A stretch of 63,688 bases of DNA, counting the filler, from Globobulimina sp. (Eukaryota), in assembly GCA_003354225.1 (NCBI GenBank). It is 48 parts of 48 records of this genome, joined end to end, with 100 filler letters (N's around TTAATTAATTAA, not from the genome) between each part and the next. Parts side by side here need not be neighbours in the genome. Positions count along the whole stretch, not along the records: positions 1 to 1,230 come from PIVH01020503.1; positions 1,331 to 2,560 come from PIVH01020504.1; positions 2,661 to 3,890 come from PIVH01020505.1; positions 3,991 to 5,220 come from PIVH01020506.1; positions 5,321 to 6,550 come from PIVH01020507.1; positions 6,651 to 7,880 come from PIVH01020508.1; positions 7,981 to 9,210 come from PIVH01020509.1; positions 9,311 to 10,540 come from PIVH01020510.1; 40 more parts are not named here. One strand, written 5' to 3'. A program made the position numbers and the translations under genes. Below the pieces are notes generated by a model. The model had not been told where the DNA came from and did no database searches. It was given only the letters and a program-made list of their open reading frames with translations. This document shows, piece by piece, positions 1-11,734 of the stretch (the first letter of the stretch is position 1; the number at the start of each line of letters is the position of its first letter).

Positions 1-1230
1 GAAACAATGTTTAATTTTCCTTGGATCTGAAATATTAAATAATACATTATCATCATCCTTATGTTCGTCATCATTATTTTGTAGAAAATACTCAATCATT
101 TGTTTACATCTTTCCTTCTCTTCGTCATTAATTTCGCCCAATTCCTGTTTATTTTGCAACCCTTTCACAATCAACAACTCTTGTTTTAATTCTTTTATTT
201 GTAATTTTAACCTTTTTATTAATAAATTTGGGTCAATTTCTTGATTGATTGATGTGATATTTTTAATTAAAGCCACCCTTTGACTGAATCTGCAGGTCGA
301 TGCGGTCTCAAATAGGTACTTTATATCCAGTGACAATGTCGATATCATAACAGTTTTGCAGTTGCCACCCAAACTGTCTTTCAATATGGTGGTAATCATG
401 GAATTTCTATATGGAATATGTTTGTGTTTCTTCCACAATGCTTCAATTACATCACCCAATGCACTTAAACTTTTATTAATATTTTGCGCTTCTTTCATTG
501 CTGAACCATTAACACCTGATTTTTTGACTCGTTCTGAGCCAGCCAGGTCAATAACATTTAATTTCCCATTAACCTGCAATCCCGTTGTTGTATTCTCGCC
601 GCATACATACACCACCAACAACGAATGCGATCGAGACGATTCTGCATTCAATTTAGTATGAGCCACACTGCGATTCGAGCCACCAAATTTCATTAATTCT
701 TCAACCTGATCCAATGTATCCACTTTAATCTTTTTTAAACCATCAACATAGATTTCTTGTTTTCCTTTTTTTATATCTCCTCTCATTCTTATTTTGTAAT
801 CCTTATGATTTGCTTTTTTATCCAATAAATCCATGATTTGCTCGTTATAAATCTCAAACATTGATACATTTGTTTCGAATTTCCATTCAGATGTATGCTC
901 ATTTTGATATTTGAATAAATCATTCAATGCATTGCTATTCACTGCTGACATTGTGTATGTTTTGCCAGATCCAGTTTGGCCATAAGCAAATATGGTTACA
1001 TTGTATCCATCCATTACACTTTGAATATACGGCGCCGTTTCTTTGTACACTTGTTCATTATCAGCTGTTGGACAAAATACTTTGTCGAATCGGAATCTTT
1101 CCGTCTGATTTTTTGGATTTATAATAGATATCGTTTCTGAATCCGGGAAACTTGTAATTTCCGATACATTTCCATTGATTTCATTTTTTGATAATGGTCT
1201 GCATCGCGCAAAAACTCTAATATTACCTTT
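1..1230 (-). CDS. Kinesin motor domain (partial at both ends); kinesin-14-like N-part, kinesin-9/KIF6-like C-part
   Basis: Manual translation of an open frame 1230->1, absent from the ORF track: KGNIRVFARCRP, FAYGQTGSGKTYTM, SSRSH, DLAGSER, HIPYRNS, RFSQRVALIKN. Confidence 0.95.
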
Positions 1231-1330
1231 NNNNNNNNNNNNNNNNNNNNNNNNNNNNNNNNNNNNNNNNNNNNTTAATTAATTAANNNNNNNNNNNNNN
1301 NNNNNNNNNNNNNNNNNNNNNNNNNNNNNN
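1231..1330. other. Artificial contig linker (N44-TTAATTAATTAA-N44), repeated about every 1.33 kb through the window
   Basis: Identical spacer between all contigs; gives stops in all six frames. Confidence 0.99.
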
Positions 1331-1449
1331 TACGTGGATGTAGGACGTATATAGATGTATTTTTGCCTCCCGAGTTCAAATCTGTCATCGGATTCGCTGT
1401 AGCTTGAAGTGGTAAGGAGTTATGGGCCATTAAAGTACATATGAGCCAG

Positions 1450-1760
1450 CACAACGGGATGGGAGTGAGTCGGCCGGACTCACTTTTTGCCATTTTACTG
1501 CCGGCTTTACTGCCGGCACTAGCCAATGAGCAGCCAGCTCTAATATGATAGAAGGCCAGGTGTGGTCGGGAGGTCAATTGACCATATGGCGTTTACTCTA
1601 TCAAATGGCTACTGACCAGACGTGCGCCAGACGCCTAGGCCTCCCTCTCCCGAGGACAGAGGTCACTAAGTTGACCGCCTCCTGCTGTTTATTGGTTAAT
1701 TGTTTAGTGGGCGGGTTTGGCCAAAAGTGAGTCCAGCTGACTCGTTTCTATCCCGTTGTA
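1450..1760. mobile_element. MITE-like non-autonomous element with ~43 bp imperfect terminal inverted repeats
   Basis: 1450-1492 cacaacgggatgggagtgagtcggccggactcactttttgcca is the imperfect reverse complement of 1718-1760 tggccaaaagtgagtccagctgactcgtttctatcccgttgta. Confidence 0.65.
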
Positions 1761-2371
1761 GCAAAAATGAAATTATAATGGCCTGCTTATGGAAAGCTTT
1801 TTTCACAGTTTCATATGCAGCCTTCCTTCGTTTTGGGGAAGCTAGGGACATGATCTGGAGAGATATTCGAATACACCAAGATGGAGTTATCATAAATATT
1901 AGTCGTGCTAAAAACGACCAAATGCGAGAAGGCAAACAAGTTTATCTGGCGGCTACAAGCAATATCATATGTCCTGTGAAGGCCTTACAGGAATGGAGAG
2001 CAAACACATCTCATGCAAAAGTGAAAGACTCAGTTTTTTCGACCACAGGACAGCCAATATCCTATAAAGTCGCAGCTAACACTCTCAAAGAGATTATGCA
2101 AATTCTTGGAGAGGATGCCAGAGAATACGGTTTACATAGTTTGCGGGCAGCAGCTAGAAATGAAGTTGACAGAGCACTTATTCAGCGTCATGGACGCTGG
2201 CAAAACTCCGAGTCATTAAACACATATATTAATCCGTCAAACTCAGCGAAGTTTGGAGTCACTCGCACTATGTTTCAAGATCAAAATCAAAGTGTCCGGC
2301 AAAATTCACAAGAACCAAGCCAAACATCTTTCACGGAAAGAATGCAATGCCTTCTAGACTTCTCACTGTGA
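1761..2371 (+). mobile_element. Tyrosine recombinase catalytic domain of a DIRS/Ngaro-like element, probably decayed
   Basis: FLRFGEA (R), AKNDQ (K), ICPV, YGLHSLR (HxxR), HGRW, LNTY (Y); the usual GGAT segment after HSLR is missing. Confidence 0.85.
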
Positions 2372-2439
2372 TCAGTATTTATGATCTTGTTATGATATGT
2401 TTATTAGCTAATGTCTTTGCATAACTGCCCTCGCTATTT

Positions 2440-2501
2440 CTCATGCCTGTCACGTGACTCATGCCTGTCACGCTTGCCTCTCATGCCTGTCACGCTTGCC
2501 T
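2440..2501 (+). repeat. Short tandem repeat ctcatgcctgtcacg(cttgcct) x3 downstream of the recombinase
   Basis: Copies at 2440, 2458 and 2480. Confidence 0.9.
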
Positions 2502-3039
2502 AAAAGGAATAAACTTTAAAGAACCGAAATAGTGGGAAATAATTAAGGTTATTTTTACATNNNNNNNNNNNNNNNNNNNNNNNNNNNNNNNNNNNNNNNN
2601 NNNNTTAATTAATTAANNNNNNNNNNNNNNNNNNNNNNNNNNNNNNNNNNNNNNNNNNNNTAGGCAAAGTAGGAAGACACACCCTCAACAAAAAGCTAGG
2701 ACTTCAGACCTCCCCCGAGCAACACCAACGCACTCCTGTCGCGACGCAAGTGGAACACTCCGGCTAATGCGCCTATGCAACACATGACCAAGCCCCCATA
2801 GCCGCCGGCAACGCGTCCAACAAGACTGATGATCACAGCGCTGCTGGTAGGAATCGCGGTCGCAAATGGTCCATCAGGGTGGCTGTGTATTTGATGCAAT
2901 CCTACCGGAAACCAAGGCCCATAGCATATCAACGCTAACCCTGCAGGCCACAACCATGTGCTCCATCGTCCAGGCTGTGTTAGCAACAAATGTTGATAGA
3001 ATTGTCGACGCTTTATCCAAATCATCATCATCCTCATCT

Positions 3040-3890
3040 TCACCACGTAAACAATTTGGTCATGAGATGTATGATTATTTTGATTTTAATCAAGATGTAG
3101 CGTTAAATTTTAATTGGGGAAGTTGAGTAAATTTGTTATGAATATTGAATATATATGAAAACGCAAAATATATAATTAAGGTTTCGGTGGTTATCCATCA
3201 GCAATTATTGAACAAGTAACTGAATTGCAACATACTATGCAACAGAATATCAATTTTTGGCAGATTTGGACTCGAACATCTGCTCAAATGTCAGTATTGC
3301 AAACGTTTGCAGAATATATCGGTATTTAATGTATATTTAACTGATTAATTACTATGCTGTACGACCAAAACATTTTGTTTTGAATTAAAGGCATATCAAA
3401 TTGGATGGATTTAGTATTTGTTGATAATGCATCGCATGGCGTTAATGCAGTTATTCGATCATTGTCACAATATTTATATTCAAATACATGTCGTAATAAT
3501 ACCGATCTAACAAAAATATGCAAAATATTGCAATTTAATACAGCCTATGCGATGGTGCCGGAAGCATTAAATTGGATTAACAGTAATATTAACTCCCCAC
3601 AAAATCAATTATTAACTTTTGATTTTAACATTGAAATGCTAAATAACACAACATTTCTAATCCAAAATCTAAATGAATTTATTCAAAATGAGTATATTCA
3701 AAGCAATAATACGACCATCATATATATGGCTGTCATTTCCCATATTACTGCATTTCCAGCGTGTTTGTTGGACATTAAATCAATCAATGAACAAGTTTTT
3801 AAACCACATGGCATTATATCTGTTATTGATGCTGCTCACTCTTTGGGTCAAGTTAAGATAAACATTGATGAGATGGATCCGGATATATTC
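3040..3890 (+). CDS. PLP-dependent class V aminotransferase (cysteine desulfhydrase / isopenicillin N epimerase / Egt2-like), spliced, partial
   Basis: Removing GT-AG introns 3122-3180 and 3322-3390 gives NFNWGSFGGYP...EYIGISNWMDLVFVDNASHGVNAV...SHIT...IDAAHSLGQ. Confidence 0.85.
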
Positions 3891-3990
3891 NNNNNNNNNN
3901 NNNNNNNNNNNNNNNNNNNNNNNNNNNNNNNNNNTTAATTAATTAANNNNNNNNNNNNNNNNNNNNNNNNNNNNNNNNNNNNNNNNNNNN

Positions 3991-4839
3991 GGTGTTGGTG
4001 ATGTCATAACCGGCAGAATTGAGCAAGGACACATTGATGTTCTTAAAAATGGAAACATACGTATTTATCCTCGTGATGTTGAGGGTAAAATTGTTTCTAT
4101 GAAACAAATGCATCAAAATGAAGGCACAATCAATACAGCAAAATGTGGAGATTATATTGGCTGTAATGTAAAAAATATGAAGATGAATTATAAGCATTGG
4201 CAGAATAACAAACCACGGAAAGGTGATGTTATGTTATGTGCTAATAACAAACCACAGAAAGTGTTGCAATTTGAGGCATTGGTTTACGTTGAAAATCATT
4301 GTGGAAAATTAAAATGTAGACAAGAAAAAACAAACTTTAATTGTCGTGGATATACACCAATTGTTTATGTAAGAAATAGCAAATCGCCATGTAAGTTAAT
4401 TAAGATTTTTTGGAAAAAGAGATATGGATCAAATACGGAGATTGCTTATTTTCCAAAATATATTTCTTACGGTGATTTAGCACAAGTTATATTTGAACCA
4501 AGATTGGAAATGTTTATACTCCCATTTGCGGAAAGTAATGCATTTGGAAGGATTGCTATTATGGACCATAGCTATTTAATAATGATTGGTAAAGTAATAC
4601 ATATTTATCATAAAAAAGATGAATTAAATGGGATAAATTCCGATATTTTGTTGAATGGATATGTTCGGAGAGGAATGAAGAGAATAAGAGGAAGAAATGC
4701 AAATTGGGCAATTATTCCATTTGAAATTATTAATATTATTCGTGTGTTTTATGGAAGTTATGAAGCTGTTCAATCTCAACAAAATGCAAAAACCCAACGA
4801 CCAATGTGGGACACTTGGGATTATGATCCACAATGGTAG
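3991..4839 (+). CDS. Divergent EFL (EF-1alpha-like GTPase) domains II-III with C-terminal extension, 5' partial
   Basis: GVGDVITGRIEQG, GDYIGCNVKN, PRKGDVM, GYTPIVYVR, AQVIFEP, GRIAIMD...MIGKV follow the EFL pattern; frame open from 3991. Confidence 0.8.
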   Translation, partial: GVGDVITGRIEQGHIDVLKNGNIRIYPRDVEGKIVSMKQMHQNEGTINTAKCGDYIGCNVKNMKMNYKHWQNNKPRKGDVMLCANNKPQKVLQFEALVYVENHCGKLKCRQEKTNFNCRGYTPIVYVRNSKSPCKLIKIFWKKRYGSNTEIAYFPKYISYGDLAQVIFEPRLEMFILPFAESNAFGRIAIMDHSYLIMIGKVIHIYHKKDELNGINSDILLNGYVRRGMKRIRGRNANWAIIPFEIINIIRVFYGSYEAVQSQQNAKTQRPMWDTWDYDPQW

Positions 4840-4915
4840 CAATCGTGATATTTGTTCATTGTATCATCAAACCATTTTCTCTTTCTCTATTATATTTATC
4901 CTTCGCGGCGCGCTG

Positions 4916-5218
4916 TTATTCACATTTTGCGGGTTTTATGTTGTTTGTACTCGTTTGGGCTAAGAACAATTTGCCAATGTTCTGGAATAAGGAAGGTATG
5001 GAGTAATCAGTGGTTGATACTTCGGAATGGAATAAATTGTGTTTTGATGCATATTGCTGACCTTCTTCCTTTTTAACATCTCGTTTGAATGATGTATAAC
5101 TGCCAAATTTATGGCCAATTAATACAATGATACTATTTGCGTTTTTATCTTTGTTTTCTTCATATTGTTCATAATATTTTATTGCATTTTGAAAGGATTT
5201 TGAATTGCAAACATTATA
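4916..5218 (-). CDS. Divergent Rab/Ras-like small GTPase, C-terminal half
   Basis: Manual translation YNVCNSKSFQNA...IIVLIGHKFG...REV-like RDVKKEEGQQYASKHNLFHSEVST...PAKCE*. Confidence 0.7.
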   Translation of the reverse strand, partial: YNVCNSKSFQNAIKYYEQYEENKDKNANSIIVLIGHKFGSYTSFKRDVKKEEGQQYASKHNLFHSEVSTTDYSIPSLFQNIGKLFLAQTSTNNIKPAKCE

Positions 5219-5418
5219 AANNNNNNNNNNNNNNNNNNNNNNNNNNNNNNNNNNNNNNNNNNNNTTAATTAATTAANNNNNNNNNNNNNNNNNNNNNNNN
5301 NNNNNNNNNNNNNNNNNNNNGCAACATCAATAAAACTATGACCATTAAGATAGGAATGACGAGAAAATAAGGATCCATTGTTATTTAATATAAACAAGGT
5401 TTTTAGTGAGTTTATGTA

Positions 5419-6550
5419 GTGGTTCAAAAATTAGTAAAAATGCATACAATCATCGGGAAATACGCTAATTATTGGGCAGAAGAGCAATTTACATGGAGAA
5501 TACCAGACAGTAAGATGACATTAACGAAATTATGCCAGTTCAAGACCGGAGCAAAACACACATCGGAAGAATTTGAAATAGCTAAATTAAAGTGGAGAAT
5601 AGAAGTATATCCCTCAGGATACCGCGAAGACAGCAAAGGTTCATTCAAATTATATGTTCAGCTCATATCAATGGACTCGATACCGAATAAACCAAAGAGC
5701 ATTGTTGTTTGCCGTACCATTGAATGTCTCGAATCCTTTTCAAAGGTAACAAACATTTGTAATTACAAAAAAGATGAATCGTACGGCTGGAGGACCGGTT
5801 CGTTGTTGTTAAAAGAAATTGTATTAAACAAATATGAAACACTGACCTTTAAGATCACAGTCAAATTATTACAGATCAACTACGATAACAACATTCGCAA
5901 AAACCGTTTCCACAAAATGTCAAAGCTGAACCCCATTTTGCTTCAGTACGACTACAGAAAGCAGTATGCATTAAAGTGGACTCTATCCAGTTTTGTGCAC
6001 AGTATACAGTATAAATATGTTCTTGTAATCCTTAAATAATTATTTATATTTAAGATGGGCTGATCAACAGAATGAAAAAGGCAAACGTGGCCAAGAAATT
6101 TGAGAGCAGAATGTTTTACGATATGTGGTGTTTGCAGTGCGTACCGAATGGATTAGTACGACAAACCAAATCGGCGGGCGATTTTCGAATTTATTTGCAA
6201 TTGACGGGGCTACCAAAACGCATCAGGTCTATAAATATTCAGTACACCATTTATTTCACACAGATCAAAAACACCAAAGAAATAGGTTTGTATGGTATAT
6301 GTACACATATTTTGCTTAATTCCTTGCTGTATATTGATATGAAGGCACGAAAGTTTTTAGTTACAACAATACATGGATTAAAACACAAAGTGCTTTCTTG
6401 TCGTTTGAGGAGTTTAAGAAATGCGATGTATTGAATGTGTGTGCAACTATAGAAATATTGAATGAATTTGACGAGAATGGAAAGGATATCACAATGAAAG
6501 AAAGAGAGATCGATTGGGACCGATATGCAAATGAACGAAATGAAGAAGTT
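5419..6550 (+). CDS. Tandem MATH-domain protein (multi-exon, partial)
   Basis: FTWRI...SEEFEIAKLKWRIEVYPSG...LYVQL...YGW and a second repeat MWCLQCVPNG...IYLQL; short AT-rich introns. Confidence 0.8.
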
Positions 6551-6650
6551 NNNNNNNNNNNNNNNNNNNNNNNNNNNNNNNNNNNNNNNNNNNNTTAATT
6601 AATTAANNNNNNNNNNNNNNNNNNNNNNNNNNNNNNNNNNNNNNNNNNNN

Positions 6651-7880
6651 GTAAATACAAATGGTGATCGCTCACGTTTTATCCCAAATTTTGATTTAAA
6701 ATTTCCCAAAAAATGACCAAAATCAATATGAAAAAATTGTCCATTTTCATGTACCATGTAGTTGTCACTATGTCGGTCACCGATCCCCAGCACAAAAGTC
6801 GCCACACAATAACCAGCGCACGATCTGGCAAAATTAGACCTTGCTTTCTTCAGTGCTTGTTCATATTGATTGTGTTTTTTCAAATACTTATCAATTGTGG
6901 TCTCATTAAACGCGCCGCCATAAACCATATTTATTGTATTCACCGTCACCGAATCGTTTACAATTTGTAACATCCCAATGGAGGGTCCAGTGGCCAATAC
7001 ATTGTATGGCTTTAAATGTAAATCTAACTTACTATCCAGCCATAATCTGTCCATTACAGATATCATTTGCAGCGTCAACATATCCTGTCGCAAATCATCG
7101 CCACATTTAAACATTATCGATATATTTTGTGCATATTTGTCGGCGTTCTCGAAAACCAACCACAACGGCACTTTTTTAGATGACATATAGCGACACTTGG
7201 AAATTATAATTCGCTTTGCGTGCCATCGTGGATTGACCGGCATTTGTATATATCTGTCGACCTCTTTTGGTGCGCAAGTATAAGATATCATGTCATGATT
7301 TAATTTATTTAATTCCCGGCGGAATAATTTGTTTATTTTATTTTTATTACTGTTCTCTTTATTTATTTTCTTTGCTCTTTGTATTTTATATGCAATGATT
7401 TTCAATTTATTTAAAAATATGTTTTGTATAAATAACTCAGCACTGTGTTGCCCAGCGTGTAACAAATATTCTTCCATTAACAATCCAAATCTTTCCGTGT
7501 AGTGTAAATTGGTATATTCTGCTTTTAAATGCCAAAAGAAAAAATGTCCGATTTGATATGGATTTTGTAAACTCCGCCGGATTAAAAATTTTGACAATGC
7601 ACTGTTATGATACAATTCGTATTTTAAGCATTGTACCAATTGCAATAAAATTTTGTTTAAATCGTCGTCGTGTAAGTCTTGTAACCAATGGATTGCCTTT
7701 TCGCGGACTCGCGTATCTGCAAATTTATACGACAGATATTCCAATGCATCTTCTGCTCTCTTTGGCGATGCCCATAATTCCAAATATTTATGTGCTTCTA
7801 CGATGCTGTACAAACAGGTCCAATTCACTGATCGCAAAAAACTTGGGAGTGAACGTGGATCGTGCCACAACAAGTCACGC
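6651..7880 (-). CDS. Class I phosphoinositide 3-kinase, helical and kinase domains (partial)
   Basis: FKCGDDLRQD, CAGYCVATFVLGIGDRHSDN, FHIDFGHFLGNFKSKFGIKRER. Confidence 0.97.
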
Positions 7881-7982
7881 NNNNNNNNNNNNNNNNNNNN
7901 NNNNNNNNNNNNNNNNNNNNNNNNTTAATTAATTAANNNNNNNNNNNNNNNNNNNNNNNNNNNNNNNNNNNNNNNNNNNNAT

Positions 7983-8132
7983 GTCGATGACAATGGATGG
8001 GTCACATTATTAACTGGGCCTGGTTTAGGCATTGAAATTGACGAACAAAAGGTAAGAAATGCTGCAAAAATAGAGCATAATTGGGTCGAACCACAATGGA
8101 GATTAAAGGATGGAACTCCAACCACTTGGTAA
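7983..8132 (+). CDS. dgoD: Galactonate dehydratase (enolase superfamily) C-terminus
   Basis: Manual translation GPGLGIEIDEQKVRNAAKIEHNWVEPQWRLKDGTPTTW*, matching the DgoD PGLGxExDE...W.NP.WR..D....W end. Confidence 0.75.
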   Translation, partial: VDDNGWVTLLTGPGLGIEIDEQKVRNAAKIEHNWVEPQWRLKDGTPTTW

Positions 8133-8435
8133 TAAATATTGTAATTTTTTCTGTAAATAACACTCTCAACAAAAAACACAACAAATAAATTTAAGTTTCT
8201 TGCAAATGTAAATTATGCGGCTACACAGTCCCCAGAAAACATTCACACAAAAAAAAAGAAAAAACAATATGAAGATGTAATACTAATAAAAACGAGAAAA
8301 AAAAAGACCAGCTGACACGCAAAACAATATAAAAATAAACAAAAGAAGGTTTTAATATATAAAATGTTTATATATTTAGCTATAGCAATATTTCATCTAT
8401 ATTCTATATAATTGACTGAGTTTTTATCATCGACA

Positions 8436-8609
8436 TTATGCTTGTAACAATCCGGGATAATTTGATTCCGGATCTTCATCGCTGGGCAACCTCTCTCTCG
8501 CAAATCTAACCTCATCCAATCCCCGTTGCAACATTTCTTGTGTCACAAGAACTTCATCTTCGTCCTCCATATCTTCCAAGGCATAACTCACTGCGCTTCG
8601 AATCATACC
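8436..8609 (-). CDS. Last exon of a possible AAA+ ATPase (NSF-like lid)
   Basis: GMIRSAVSYAL...LVTQEMLQRGLDEV after an AG acceptor. Confidence 0.35.
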   Translation of the reverse strand, partial: GMIRSAVSYALEDMEDEDEVLVTQEMLQRGLDEVRFARERLPSDEDPESNYPGLLQA

Positions 8610-8673
8610 TAAATAGTAAACATCGCAAATTATAATATTACTCATAATCTACATCTCCAACAAAATAAAAAAT

Positions 8674-9210
8674 ATGTCACGAAAACCCTTATCACAGCGT
8701 TCTACGGCAGGCGCTGCCTCAAATAAATTACAATTCTCATCCGCTGCGCCACCATGCAACGACAACGACAACGCGATGCAAAGCAAACATCGAGGCAGCG
8801 ATATAGAAAACAGATGGGATGTATTACATAAACGACTGCAGCATCCAATATCAAACGATCGCGAAAAAAGCAAACAAAACATCATCATTATTACTCCTAA
8901 AAAACAAATACAAAGCAACATTGACCACAGTTCCTCAGTCATATCCGCCTCAGACATAGCATTGCAATCAGACTTCAATAAGTCAATTTCGTTAAAATCA
9001 GCTCAACAAATCTCATCAAACACATATCAAAAATCAAAATCACTCCCTTCGTTAACGTTTCACAACATAATTTCCAAAACATTCCACCTGACCCTCGACA
9101 AAGAGCGACGCGGCACTTACAACGCAAAATATAACTATTCCACCCCAACCAAGCAAATAATTCCGCTCACACGACAACGATCACAGTCTTATTCATTTTC
9201 ATTATCAAAA
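8674..9210 (+). CDS. Ser-rich hypothetical protein, partial
   Basis: ORF only. Confidence 0.4.
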
Positions 9211-9455
9211 NNNNNNNNNNNNNNNNNNNNNNNNNNNNNNNNNNNNNNNNNNNNTTAATTAATTAANNNNNNNNNNNNNNNNNNNNNNNNNNNNNNNNNN
9301 NNNNNNNNNNATCTTTGATTTCACTTTGTGTTTTCTATTGGTTTGTATTGGTGTTTGTTTTAATTATTATATTTAATGCTGTTTGTAAACATACTTTAAT
9401 TTAAGTTGAGTTCAAACAAAAATCTTTTTCAACATCTTTTTTTTTTACAATCAAC

Positions 9456-10293
9456 ATGGACAGTGCAGCGAAGGTCAAAAAAACGCGATGCAAAGTAGTA
9501 CCCAAACGGACCAAAGAAAGTCAAATATCGAAATTGGAGCAACGACGCAAAAAATCGAATGCACAGAAAGTCAAAAATCGAATGCACAGAAATCGAATAA
9601 GCGGCATTAAAAAAATTGCCCGCCATTCAAGGAATCGGTCGAATCTCCCGCTGCAATCAAATCATTGGTCAAATCAACCGCCACCATCCTTATCTCACAA
9701 AAAGAGTCATCTTCATTGGTCAAATCTCCCGCCACCATCCTTATCTCACAATGGCCAATCAACACACTATAACGCTAGGCGTATGTGTTTCTTTTATTCA
9801 ATAATTTTTAGATATATATATTATATTGACAGAGTTAGGCGCACCACGCCGCGCACGCAGCAGAAACCCGCAAAGTAACAACAGCAGACACGCCGCGCAC
9901 GCACGCAGTCGCAAACTCGCAGTCGCAACTCGCACGCAGCCGCGCACGTATGCCGTAAAAAAAGCCCGCCGTAATAAGGGATGGGGTGTACTATCATCCA
10001 AATATCGCGCCAATAAAGATCAGGCCGATTTAGGAGCTAATGAAGGATCGGTGTATCGCGGGATGGAAATCAGGCCGGATGGAGGGATGTATGGTTGGAG
10101 CAAAGATGCTGGAGACGCGACGGTCAAGTTCATCACAAATGAATGCGCCAAGCATGAATTGACCGTCGGCGCGACTAACGACGCGGGATTGGGTTCGATG
10201 GTTTTTAACTTCGCAAATGCAAGCAAATTAATCGTGGGCGCATCAGGAACGAAATTGTATTGCCCGCCGAAATACTACAGAAATTACGTATAA
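9456..10293 (+). CDS. Basic hypothetical protein, two exons
   Basis: ORFs 9456 and 9826 bridged by a gtatgt...gacag intron from ~9781; internal 51 bp duplication. Confidence 0.45.
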
Positions 10294-10640
10294 TGTCATT
10301 TTATTAATTTATTTTTTTTTATAAAACAAAATTGAATTTTGTATTGAGTGAGTGTCATTTTGTTTTTTAATTTTATCCTTAATAAATTCAGTTTTTTAAA
10401 AAAATGCAGTACTCCTTGCACTCAGTAATGATCAGTGAACAATACTCTGAGAATCCAATTTTCCATATAGTCACAAATAATATTTATGACATCAATTGAA
10501 ATGTTTTGTTTACATATGACCCTTGAAATGTTTGCAACTANNNNNNNNNNNNNNNNNNNNNNNNNNNNNNNNNNNNNNNNNNNNTTAATTAATTAANNNN
10601 NNNNNNNNNNNNNNNNNNNNNNNNNNNNNNNNNNNNNNNN

Positions 10641-11734
10641 AAAAATAATAAATATATAGACTGAAAGGTGAAGGACATGTTGAATTTTGCAATGTTTGTA
10701 GTTTTGTAATATCTGGACAATATGCAACTAATTCCTGATATGCCTTAGCATTATTTGAACATTGCCACTTCCATGGTTTATGCACACCTTTCGGACAAAT
10801 TCTATGTCCATCCATATAGAAACAGCACGTAAAACCTGAGTCAGAGCTAAACAAAAACGCATCAGAATATGTTACGTCAAGCACCTCATCTGCATCATAT
10901 CGACATTTATTATAAAATGTATCTTCGGCAACGAAACCCTTTGCAGATTCATTCTTTTCAATACAATGTTTGGTCCACTTTGCATTCCGAATCGCAAAGC
11001 CACCGTTCAAATGACCGCTTGGTTTTGTTTTTCTATCCAATGTTATAAAATGATACGACTGTGTAACTAATAGTTATTTAAATATTTAATTAAAACAACA
11101 AATAAATTCAATATACTGTATACAGTAACATACAATTTATATAAACAGATAAATGATCATAAATATCCCAACTTTTATTTAGCACAAAATTCCAATCAAA
11201 GTAGGAGAGTCCGCCGAGATAATTATATGTCGGATCAATAGATATTGGCTCACAAAATATCGAATCTGTTTGAAAAGTCAGCACAAAATCTGTTGGTATG
11301 AGATTCCATAATTTCTTGGTCAAAAACAATCGATTGATGCCACTCAGCCCTTTGTGTATATTTTTGACATTGAAAAAAGAATCAATATCAAATTCTATAT
11401 TGGCGTTAATTAAATGTATGGTGGTATTCAAACTATTGATACTTTTATTTGATCGGAAATTTAATGTATGAATCCATTGTGCATTTTGATTGCTATGCAG
11501 TATATACATTGTATGTATCGGATTTAATACATTTTCGAAAATGTTTTCAACGACGAATAATAATGCATTGTGACATCGTGGCTCAAATATAAGTGTTGTG
11601 ATAGGTGGTAATAATACCGATTCTGAATTTATCATTGAATTCATTGCCAATTCATTGTTGCTATAGGATGCATTGACAATGATTTTGTATTTATGGAACT
11701 GATAAATTAGAGGGTATGATGCACAGAAAACCAA
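10641..11734 (-). CDS. DUF5672 glycosyltransferase-like protein, spliced
   Basis: IFEPR, LTFQTDSIFC, YNYLGG, LNGGFAIRN, AEDTFY; intron 11067-11133 joins the two ORFs in frame. Confidence 0.8.

Noticed and set aside
356-1124. Plus-strand ORFs of 101 and 65 aa
   Set aside because: Antisense shadows of the kinesin gene; the same applies to most short ORFs overlapping PI3K, Lon, gyrB and the Hsp70-like gene
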